Shown: positions 56,309 through 64,000 of the stretch, piece after piece
How the letters are laid out: each line of letters opens with the position of its first letter
Numbering within the stretch: the stretch's first letter is position 1
The notes under the pieces: model-generated
Databases searched by the model: none
The model's input: only the letters and a program-made list of their open reading frames with translations
Told to the model about the DNA's origin: nothing
Made by a program: the position numbers and the translations under genes
Assembly (NCBI GenBank): GCA_035464675.1
Contig: DATHSA010000046.1
Span: 461-64,460, forward strand
Direction of reading: 5' to 3'
Length of the DNA stretch: 64,000 bases
Source: Acidimicrobiia bacterium
Lineage (GTDB): Bacteria; Actinomycetota; Acidimicrobiia; Spongiisociales; UBA11373

Positions 56309-56919
56309 GCGATTGCCACCTGGCGCGCGGAGGTTCCGTCGCGCCGGTACGAATGGAATCGGTCATCGCCTCTTGTGCAATCCCGCGACATCCAGATACG
56401 GAGTCCTTCGAGATCGGCGGCCACCGCCGCCGGGAGATCGACCGAGAGGGTGCCCCAGCCCGTCTCTGATGCGTGCCCGGGAAACCTGTCTGCCACCTCG
56501 GAACCGACCTCGAAGCAGCACGGCCCGATGCCGGGGCCGATGGCGGCCCGGGATGGGGGCACCCCGGCGTTCTCCATCGCCCGTCGCACCGCCCGCACCA
56601 CTCCCGCCGCCGCGCCCCGCCACCCCGCATGTGCCACCCCCACGGCGCCATCACCCTCGAGCATGACCGGAAGACAGTCGGCGGTCGACACTGCAATCGG
56701 GAGCCCGGGGACGACGGTGAAGGCGGCGTCGGCCTCCCCCCCGTCTCCTGGCCCTGTCACCGCTGCGACCCCGGCGCCGTGCACCTGGCGGAGCCACGCC
56801 CAGCGATCAGAGATGCCAAGCGACGCGGAGATCCGGGAGCGGGCGCCGGGATCCTGTCTCGCATCTCCGTCGGAGGCGTCGCCGAACGCGACGCCGCGGA
56901 AGCCCTCGGGCCGGATCAT
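56293..56919 (-). CDS. pgeF: Polyphenol oxidase family / purine nucleoside phosphorylase PgeF (YfiH)
   Basis: [29 protein letters not shown] and HSYRR motifs. Confidence 0.92.
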
Positions 56920-58016
56920 CCCTTCAGGAAGTCGGGGATCTCCAGGTCGTCGAATGGACCCGGCCCGTCGTCGGCATCGGGTTCATCCCTTTCCTCCCGG
57001 GACGGCTTGGGTATCGACGGTGTGCGCACCGAGGGAGCCTGGATCTGCGGCCGCTCCTGCGGCCCGCCGCCGAATCCGGCAGCGATGACCGTCACCCGCA
57101 TCTCATCGCCCATGGAGTCGTCGATCGTGGCCCCGAAGATGACGTTGGCGTCCGGTGTGCAGTGCTCGGCGATGGTGGTCGCCGCCTGGTTGACCTCATG
57201 GAGGCTCATCGAGTTGGAGCCGGCCACCGAGAGAAGCACCCCGCTGGCGCCTTCCACCGACGACTCCAGCATCGGGCTGGCGATCGCCTTGGCGGCCGCC
57301 TGCGACGCCCGGTTCTCGCCGCTGGCGCGCCCGATCCCCATCGCCGCGGTCCCCGCCCCGTACATGACGGACTTCACGTCGGCGAAGTCGACGTTGATGA
57401 GGCCGGGGGTGGTGATGAGATCGGTGATGCCCCCGACGCCGTGGAGGAGCACCTCGTCGGCGAGACGGAATGCGTCCACGATCGGAAGGCTCTGGTCCGC
57501 GTGCTCGAGGAGCCGCTGGTTGGGGATGACGATGAGCGTGTCCACCGCACTGCGAAGCGCGGCGATTCCCTGTTCTGCCTGGACCGAGCGCCTCCGGCCC
57601 TCGAATCCGAACGGGCGGGTGACCACGGCGACGGTCAATGCCCCCAGACTTCGGGCGATCTCCGCGACCACCGGAGCGGCGCCGGTCCCGGTGCCGCCTC
57701 CTTCGCCGGCCGTGATGAACACCATGTCGGCGCCCCGTAGGGAGTCCTCGATGTCGTCGCGATGGCCCTCGGCGGCCGTCCGGCCCACCTCGGGGTCGGC
57801 GCCCGCACCCAGGCCACGTGTCAGATCGCGGCCGATGTCGAGTTTCACGTCGGCATCGGACATCAGCAGCGCCTGAGCGTCCGTGTTGATCGCCACGAAC
57901 TCGACGCCCCGGAGGCCGGCTTCGATCATCCGGTTGACGGCGTTGACGCCACCGCCGCCGACACCGATCACCTTGATGACGGCCAGGTAGCTCTGGAGAC
58001 CGTCGTTGGTCACCAT
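56916..58016 (-). CDS. ftsZ: Cell division protein FtsZ
   Basis: [23 protein letters not shown] and INVDFADV motifs; GAGGAG RBS. Confidence 0.98.
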   Translation of the reverse strand: MVTNDGLQSYLAVIKVIGVGGGGVNAVNRMIEAGLRGVEFVAINTDAQALLMSDADVKLDIGRDLTRGLGAGADPEVGRTAAEGHRDDIEDSLRGADMVFITAGEGGGTGTGAAPVVAEIARSLGALTVAVVTRPFGFEGRRRSVQAEQGIAALRSAVDTLIVIPNQRLLEHADQSLPIVDAFRLADEVLLHGVGGITDLITTPGLINVDFADVKSVMYGAGTAAMGIGRASGENRASQAAAKAIASPMLESSVEGASGVLLSVAGSNSMSLHEVNQAATTIAEHCTPDANVIFGATIDDSMGDEMRVTVIAAGFGGGPQERPQIQAPSVRTPSIPKPSREERDEPDADDGPGPFDDLEIPDFLKG

Positions 58017-58101
58017 GGGTACTCCTCGGTCTGCGCCTCGCGCCCGCGCCGCGGCGCGGGTCGGGGTCTGGAGGAAGGATACCCCACCCTCGACTCGAGG
58101 A

Positions 58102-58866
58102 TCATGATTCGTCACCAGCACCCTCGACTTCGACTTGAGAGTCGTCGAGGTCGAGAGCCGGTCGCGCCGGGGATGTCAGATCTATCGTCGCCCCGGAGGG
58201 CAGTTCCTGCCCGATCATCGCCAGCAACGTACGCGCCTTGTCCGCCAGGTCGATCGGATGCCCGAGCCGAACGGGATGGCCGAGCACCTCGGTCCACATC
58301 TCCGCCCCCCGCATCTCGAGCACCATCGTGCCTCCGAGAGCGTCTTCGACGACCAATGCCATCTCGACGATCTCGTGCCATCCCGGGTCGAAGGGCCGGA
58401 TCCCGGGCTGCACATCGGGGAGGGCGACCGAGGCACGAAGCAGCCCCGCCTGGGGTTCGGCGGCTCTGTCGACCACCGTCCCGTCCGACGCCACGAGCAT
58501 CCATCCGAGAACACCCTCGATCCACACCACAGGGCGCCGTTCGGCGATCTCTACGACGAGCCGGTCGGGCCACACCTTGTCCACCCGCACGTCGCGCACC
58601 CATGGATCGCCGCGCACGGCGCGTTCCACTGCTCCGGTGTCGACCCAGAGAAGCAAGGCGCCCTCCCCGACTCCCGACTCGGCGATCCGGGCATCGGCGT
58701 CCGACCGAACCGACCCGAGGATCTCGATCTCCGACACCGAGAGCCACGGGCTGTGAGCGAGCAGCCCGGCGCCCGACAGGATGATCACGATCGCCACCAG
58801 CGGCCACCACCGACGGCCCGTGGTGGCCGCGGCCTCGGTGGCGACGCGGTCACGCAGTGCGGTCAT
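58102..58866 (-). CDS. ftsQ: Cell division protein FtsQ/DivIB
   Basis: Single TM, POTRA ([25 protein letters not shown]), IDLTSPARP; position before ftsZ. Confidence 0.88.
   Translation of the reverse strand: MTALRDRVATEAAATTGRRWWPLVAIVIILSGAGLLAHSPWLSVSEIEILGSVRSDADARIAESGVGEGALLLWVDTGAVERAVRGDPWVRDVRVDKVWPDRLVVEIAERRPVVWIEGVLGWMLVASDGTVVDRAAEPQAGLLRASVALPDVQPGIRPFDPGWHEIVEMALVVEDALGGTMVLEMRGAEMWTEVLGHPVRLGHPIDLADKARTLLAMIGQELPSGATIDLTSPARPALDLDDSQVEVEGAGDES
58119..58143 (-). promoter_or_regulatory. Imperfect palindrome resembling the actinobacterial ftsZ-upstream MerR-type (FtsR-like) operator
   Basis: Minus strand GACTCTCAAGTCGAAGTCGAGGGTG; similarity to the C. glutamicum site is judged from memory. 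Confidence 0.45.
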
Positions 58867-59764
58867 GGAACTCCCCCAGGAATCGGATCTCGGGCACCAA
58901 TTCGACACCGACCTCATCCAGGATCCGGCGTTGCACCTCGATCACCAGTCGATGGAGGTCCGAGGCGGTGGCCCCGTCGTGCGCAATGAAGAAGTTGGCG
59001 TGCCGCTCGCTGACCTGGGCTCCACCGATCCTCAATCCCTTGAGCCCCGCCGCGTCGATGACCCGGCCCGCCGAGTCCCCGGGCGGGTTCTTGAAGACGC
59101 TGCCGGCATTGAGCGTTCCCCCAGGCTGATGCTCGCGCCGCCAGCGGGTGATCTCCCGGATTGCCTCCTCGGCGTCTGAGGGGTCGCGGGCGATGGTACG
59201 GAATCGCGCCGAGACCACGAAGTGGTCGTCCGTCAGACTGCTGTGCCGATACGACATCTCCAGGTCGGTCGGAGTCCGCTCCGAGACCTCGCCCGTGCCC
59301 AGGTCCATCACCCGCGCCTCGACGAGCCAATCGGCGACCTCACTGCCATGGCATCCCGCGTTCATCCTCACGGCGCCCCCGACGCTCCCCGGGATGCCGG
59401 TGAAGAACTCGAGCCCACCGAGCCCGGCACGGCCCGTCTCGCGAGCCAGCAGCGGGAGCGGCATCCCCGAGCCGGCACGGATCGCGTCGTCACCGGCGGC
59501 CTCCCACCAGGAGAGCCCAGGCCCGGGTCGGACGACCACACCGGGGAATCCGACGTCGGCGACGACCATGTTGCTTCCCCGGCCGAGCGTCACCAGTGGC
59601 AGGCCCTCCTCGGAGGCCAGGCCAGAGGCAAGACGCAGGTCGTCCTCATCGTCCACCACCACCAGATAGCGGGCCGGGCCTCCGAGTTTGTACGTGGTGA
59701 GAGGGGCGAGCGAAGCGTCGACCGTCACCTTCCCTCGTTCGACGAGAGCAGCTCGCGAGGTCAC
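58850..59764 (-). CDS. murB: UDP-N-acetylenolpyruvoylglucosamine reductase
   Basis: LGRGSNMVV, GIPGSVGGAVRMNAG, NAGSVFKNP, HANF and LVPEI motifs. Confidence 0.96.
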   Translation of the reverse strand: MTSRAALVERGKVTVDASLAPLTTYKLGGPARYLVVVDDEDDLRLASGLASEEGLPLVTLGRGSNMVVADVGFPGVVVRPGPGLSWWEAAGDDAIRAGSGMPLPLLARETGRAGLGGLEFFTGIPGSVGGAVRMNAGCHGSEVADWLVEARVMDLGTGEVSERTPTDLEMSYRHSSLTDDHFVVSARFRTIARDPSDAEEAIREITRWRREHQPGGTLNAGSVFKNPPGDSAGRVIDAAGLKGLRIGGAQVSERHANFFIAHDGATASDLHRLVIEVQRRILDEVGVELVPEIRFLGEFHDRTA

Positions 59765-61128
59765 CCGTCACCGGCCAGTAGGGGGGGCAACTCATCGGCC
59801 ACAAGGGTGATGTCCCCGGCACCCATCAAGAGGATCAGGTCGCCCGCACGCGCCTCGGCGGCGACAGCCGCCGCGAGATCGGCGCGTCGGGGGACGTACG
59901 TGACCTCGGCGCCGGCGGCATCGGCCGCGGCGGCGACCACTCTGCCCGTCACGCCCGGAATCGGAGCCTCGCTGGCCGCGTAGACGTCGGTGACGAAGAC
60001 GCGCTTCGCCCCGGCGAGTGCCTCTCCCAGCTCGGCTCCCATCTCGGCAGTGCGTGTAAAGCGATGTGGCTGGAAGACGGCCACGGTGCGTGCAGCACCC
60101 CCGAGGCGAGCGGCCTCGATCGTCGCCCTGATCTCGGTCGGATGGATCGCGTAGTCGTCGATCACGACGACTCCATCGATTCGGGCCCTCGTCTCGAAGC
60201 GTCGCCGGACGCCGGCGAACCTGGAGAGGCCGGCGGCGGCGCCGGCCACGTCGAAACCCATCTCACCGAGAAGGGCGAGCACCCCCGAGGCGTTCCGAGC
60301 CACATGGACGCCCGGCTTGGGCACGTCCACATCCACCTCGCCGTGGGGCCAGGTCAGCCGGAACGACACCCCGCCGGGACGGTGCCCGATGCCTGTGATC
60401 CGCCAGGGCGAGTCTCGCGACGTCCCGTACCCGGTGACGTTCTCGGCCCGACGTGCAACGCCCGCCGCGCCCGGGTCGTCGAGGCAGGCCACGACAGGGC
60501 CGTCGACCGAACCCACGACTTCGACGAACGCCGACTCCAGGTCTTCGAGGGAGCCGTAGTGATCGAGATGATCGGGCTCCACATTGGTGACGACCAGGCC
60601 GGTGAGATCGAGCGAGAGGAAGGTGCCGAAAGCCTCGTCCGCCTCGAGGGCGAAGAGCCCGGTCTCGCCGAGATGCGCGTTCGTCCCCACTCCGACCAAC
60701 TCTCCACCGACCATGAAGGATGGATCCCGGCCGAGCGAGCGCAGCGCCGTGACGAGCATCGCGGTGCCCGAAGTCTTTCCGTGGGTGCCTGTCACACCGA
60801 TGGTCCCCATCTTCTTCGTGAGGGCCTCGAGCAGCCGGGGGCGACCCCACACTGCGACGCCGGCCTCTCGAGCCGCCTGCACCTCGGGATCTCGATCGGG
60901 TACGGCACTCGACGCGACGACGAGATCCCACGAGCTCGCAGCCGCCGGACGGTGCCCGACCCATGTCTCCACTCCGGCCGCCGCCAGGGAACTCAGCGAC
61001 GCAGCAGGTTTGAGATCCGAGCCCGTCACGGTGTGACCCGCCTGGGCGAGGATCTTCGCGAGGCCCGACATGCCGGCGCCACCGGCGCCCACCACGTGGA
61101 TCCGTCGATGCGGCACCAACTCAGGCAC
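59761..61128 (-). CDS. murC: UDP-N-acetylmuramate-L-alanine ligase
   Basis: VGAGGAGMSGLA, GTHGKTS, EADE, DHLDHY, DDYAIHPTE and FQPHRFTR motifs. Confidence 0.96.
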   Translation of the reverse strand: MPELVPHRRIHVVGAGGAGMSGLAKILAQAGHTVTGSDLKPAASLSSLAAAGVETWVGHRPAAASSWDLVVASSAVPDRDPEVQAAREAGVAVWGRPRLLEALTKKMGTIGVTGTHGKTSGTAMLVTALRSLGRDPSFMVGGELVGVGTNAHLGETGLFALEADEAFGTFLSLDLTGLVVTNVEPDHLDHYGSLEDLESAFVEVVGSVDGPVVACLDDPGAAGVARRAENVTGYGTSRDSPWRITGIGHRPGGVSFRLTWPHGEVDVDVPKPGVHVARNASGVLALLGEMGFDVAGAAAGLSRFAGVRRRFETRARIDGVVVIDDYAIHPTEIRATIEAARLGGAARTVAVFQPHRFTRTAEMGAELGEALAGAKRVFVTDVYAASEAPIPGVTGRVVAAAADAAGAEVTYVPRRADLAAAVAAEARAGDLILLMGAGDITLVADELPPLLAGDG

Positions 61129-62191
61129 GAACCGCCTCCAGCAGGCGCCGGGCGATGACCATCGCCCCGCCTGGCCGACCCGCCCGGCGGGCGTCGGCAC
61201 CCATTCGCTCCAGGCCGGCGGCGTCGCCCAGGATGCCGGCGACGGTCTCGGGGAGTTCGCCGACGTCGGACTCGCTCACGACGACGGCCCCACCCGTGGC
61301 GGCGAGGGATCGGGCATTCGAGCCCTGGCCGACGCGTTCCAGCGGCACCAGGACCGAGGGCGTACCAGTCGCCGCGAGCTCGCTGACGGTCATGGCTCCT
61401 GCCCGGCACACGACGAGATCTGTTGCGGCGTAGAAGTACTGCATGTCGGCCTCGAACGGTCGGCACGCCCACGCTACTGCTGAGGCGTCCGCCATCCGCG
61501 TCATGTCTTCGAATGCATCGGGACCGGTGAGATGCACGACCGCATCGGCACCCGTGCCCTCCGCCAGGGCGGACGCGGACTCGTTGAGCACCCGAGCCCC
61601 CAGGGATCCCCCGAGGATTCCCAGAACCGTGGATCCTGAGATGCCATATCGGCGCTGTGCCTCCTCTCTGAGCCCGGCTCGATCGAGGGTCGCGATCTCG
61701 CGTCGCAGCGGATTCCCCACCACTTTGCTCCGCGGCAATCGCTCTGCCTTGCCGGGAAGGCCGAGGAAGGTCGCAACGGCTCGCCGCGCCGCATACCGGG
61801 AGGCCAGGCCGGGTACGGCGTTCTGCTCCTGGAGGAAGAAGGGGACCCCGGCACGCTGCGCGGCCGAGGCGGCCGGCACCGTGACATAGCCCCCCATGCC
61901 GACCACGACCCGGGTGCCCGACTCGATCATGCGCGCGTGCATTGCCCGGGCGGTGCGCCGGACCACCCACGGGATCTTGAGGTTGTCGACGGTCGGGGTG
62001 CGGCGCAGTCGGGCGAGCTCGAAGCCCTGGAACGGATAGCCTGCCTCGGGGACGACCCGTGCCTCCAGGCGGTTCCCTCCAAGGAAGAGGATCTCGCTGC
62101 GGGCCACTCCCAGATCCTCCAGCGCGCCGGCGAGAGCGAGAGCGGGGTACACATGACCTCCGGTCCCGGCCGCGGCGACGGCGTACGTCAC
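61121..62191 (-). CDS. murG: Undecaprenyl-PP-MurNAc-pentapeptide GlcNAc transferase
   Basis: AGTGGHVYPA, GGYV, EQNAVPG, GNPLR, GGSLGA and RAGA motifs. Confidence 0.95.
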   Translation of the reverse strand: MTYAVAAAGTGGHVYPALALAGALEDLGVARSEILFLGGNRLEARVVPEAGYPFQGFELARLRRTPTVDNLKIPWVVRRTARAMHARMIESGTRVVVGMGGYVTVPAASAAQRAGVPFFLQEQNAVPGLASRYAARRAVATFLGLPGKAERLPRSKVVGNPLRREIATLDRAGLREEAQRRYGISGSTVLGILGGSLGARVLNESASALAEGTGADAVVHLTGPDAFEDMTRMADASAVAWACRPFEADMQYFYAATDLVVCRAGAMTVSELAATGTPSVLVPLERVGQGSNARSLAATGGAVVVSESDVGELPETVAGILGDAAGLERMGADARRAGRPGGAMVIARRLLEAVRA

Positions 62192-63351
62192 TTCGCCTCG
62201 ATGTGCGGCCCATGCCGGGCGACCGACACCAGGATTCCGACCCCGACGAGCGACACGACGAGAGCGCTTCCGCCGGCTGATACGAACGGCAGCGGAACGC
62301 CGGTGATCGGAAGGATTCCGGTGACCCCGCCGATGTTGACCAGGGCCTGGGTCGACAGCCAGGTGGTGATGCCGATGGCGACCAGTCGGCCGAACCGGTC
62401 GGGGCACCTCAGGGCGATGGAGATCCCCGCCACCGTCAGCGCCGCGAAGAGGCCAACGATCGCCAGCGACCCGACGAGGCCGGTCTCCTCGCCGAGGATC
62501 GCGAATACGAAGTCGGTGTGGGCGTTCGGAAGAAAGGACCACCTGGCCCGGCTGGCACCGAGGCCGACGCCCCACATGCCCCCGGTCCCCAGCGCCACCA
62601 GCCCCTGGACGGCCTGATACGAGGATCCCAGCGGGTCGCTCTGCAAGTCGAGGAATGCAGTGACCCGGGCCCAGCGATAGGGCGACGAGAAGGCGAGGGC
62701 GAACGCCGCCCCTCCGGCGACGATCCCGCTGCCGAGCACGTGATGCAGCGGCATGGCGCTGGCAGCGAGCACGGCGAACCCGGCCGCCGCGACGAGGAGC
62801 GTCGTCCCCAGATCCGGTTGCAGCATGATCAGCGCGGAGACCGCGCCCATCGTGACCGCCACGGGGACGAAGAAGTCCCTGTAGAGCACCACGGCGTGTT
62901 CACGGCGGCTCACCACCGTCGCCAGCATCAGAACGGTCGCCAGCTTGGCGATCTCCGAGGGCTGGATCGAGATCGGCCCGGCGACCAGCCAGCGCGTCGC
63001 GCCGTTCACCCGCACGCCCACGAAGAGCACGGCGACGAGCAGCACGAGGGTCAGCAGGAAGAGCGGCACCCCGAGCTTCTTCCACCACGGGAGCGGGACG
63101 AACGCGGCCATGACCATGGCGACGACACCGAGCACGAGCCATGCGATCTGCTTCTTGAAGTAGTAGAGCCCGTCCCCCGTCTCGCGGAGGCCGACCACCG
63201 ACGATGCCGAGAGGAGTGCACCGAGGCCGATGACCACCAGGAGAGCGACAGGGATCAGCAGGAAGAGGATCATCCGGGACACCCCTCGCTCCCTGGCCTG
63301 GAGGGAGCGGAGTGCGGACCGGGACGTCGGAATCGCGACCACGTTCGCCAC
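62188..63351 (-). CDS. ftsW: Peptidoglycan glycosyltransferase FtsW
   Basis: NGATRWL, QPSEIAK, QPDLGT, PNAHTDFVFAILGEETG and PFVSAGGS motifs. Confidence 0.95.
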   Translation of the reverse strand: MANVVAIPTSRSALRSLQARERGVSRMILFLLIPVALLVVIGLGALLSASSVVGLRETGDGLYYFKKQIAWLVLGVVAMVMAAFVPLPWWKKLGVPLFLLTLVLLVAVLFVGVRVNGATRWLVAGPISIQPSEIAKLATVLMLATVVSRREHAVVLYRDFFVPVAVTMGAVSALIMLQPDLGTTLLVAAAGFAVLAASAMPLHHVLGSGIVAGGAAFALAFSSPYRWARVTAFLDLQSDPLGSSYQAVQGLVALGTGGMWGVGLGASRARWSFLPNAHTDFVFAILGEETGLVGSLAIVGLFAALTVAGISIALRCPDRFGRLVAIGITTWLSTQALVNIGGVTGILPITGVPLPFVSAGGSALVVSLVGVGILVSVARHGPHIEAK

Positions 63352-63352
63352 C

Positions 63353-64000
63353 TCACGGCTCCTTTCGTGAGCGGACCAGTGCGGAGAACTCGTTCCCGCG
63401 TTCTGCGTACGAGCGAAACATGTCGAACGAGGCGCACCCCGGGGCGAGCAGCACCGTGTCGCCGGCGACGGAGGCCTCATCGGCGACGGCCACGGCCTCC
63501 TCGAGGCTCTCCGCCACCTTCACCGATCCTCCCGAGGCCGCGAGTTCTGCTGCGGCCTCCCCTACGGCGACCACCAGCCGGAGGTTGGGTTCGAGGGGGA
63601 TGGCGCTCACATCCAGGCCCTTGTTCCGGCCACCGGCGATGAGCACCACGGAGTCGTGGTCACGGATGGCCGCGACTGCGGCGTGCGGGTTGGTCGCCTT
63701 GGAGTCGTCGATCCAGGTGACTCCGTCCCAGACCCCGACGACCTGCCGTCGATGCGGCCCGGCGACGAACCCACGAGCCGCCTCGAGGATCCCTTCGGGT
63801 GTCGCCCCGAGATGAGCGGCTGCCACGGCGGCCGCCGCGATGTCGACGAGCATCACCGAGTCGCGACGCGGCAGGTCGGCGAGCGGGATCGAGACGTCTC
63901 CCAGCCGGAGGCGATCACCGTCGCGTCCCCATCCATCTCGGGGGAGCCTGGTCCCGCTGACCGGCACACGCCGTGCGGTCGCGGCAGCCACGAGCTTCGA
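63353..64000 (-). CDS. murD: UDP-N-acetylmuramoylalanine-D-glutamate ligase, C-terminal part (runs off the right edge)
   Basis: HRRQ, IDDSKATN, LIAGGRNKG and LLAPGCASFDMFRSYAERG motifs. Confidence 0.93.
   Translation of the reverse strand, partial: SKLVAAATARRVPVSGTRLPRDGWGRDGDRLRLGDVSIPLADLPRRDSVMLVDIAAAAVAAAHLGATPEGILEAARGFVAGPHRRQVVGVWDGVTWIDDSKATNPHAAVAAIRDHDSVVLIAGGRNKGLDVSAIPLEPNLRLVVAVGEAAAELAASGGSVKVAESLEEAVAVADEASVAGDTVLLAPGCASFDMFRSYAERGNEFSALVRSRKEP

Noticed and set aside
261-62000. Many long opposite-strand ORFs (e.g. 261..1583, 6062..7573, 8766..10583, 10807..13419, 15946..17973, 23667..26309, 26809..28854, 60064..61158)
   Set aside because: Antisense shadows of well-supported genes; high-GC codon bias suppresses stops, and the translations have no family motifs

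Overview
High-GC actinobacterial chromosome segment. Gene content and order suggest class Acidimicrobiia, which is an inference only. It is mostly core genome. Left to right: two family-5 ABC substrate-binding lipoproteins, secG-gpmA-tpiA-pgk-yvcK-rapZ-uvrC, an accessory insert (siderophore-interacting protein, an unknown 939-aa membrane protein, a SAM methyltransferase), uvrA, tatA, uvrB, coaE, a pseudo-receiver protein, rpsA, polA, tRNA-Leu(CAA), nadE, a two-component system, ygfZ, ccdA, csaA, MFS and MATE transporters, nth, xpt, EamA, tandem-domain thyX, an ArsA/Get3-like ATPase pair, dnaE, a DUF2090-like aldolase-pfkA pair, rluA-lspA-dksA, DUF167, T-box-ileS and the distal dcw cluster (yggT to murD). 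I found no integrase, transposase, prophage, CRISPR array or defence system. The most unusual signals are non-coding. (i) A dispersed multi-hairpin element occurs at two unrelated loci (30082-30263 minus; 54527-54665 plus). Its differences are compensatory or fall in bulges and loops, one copy carries a 101-nt hairpin insert, and the other is partly tandem-duplicated. (ii) Intergenic 7-bp tandem repeats show a consistent orientation relative to promoters. (iii) The translational ileS T-box has a full-length Stem I. All calls come from manual motif reading; no database searches or folding programs were run.
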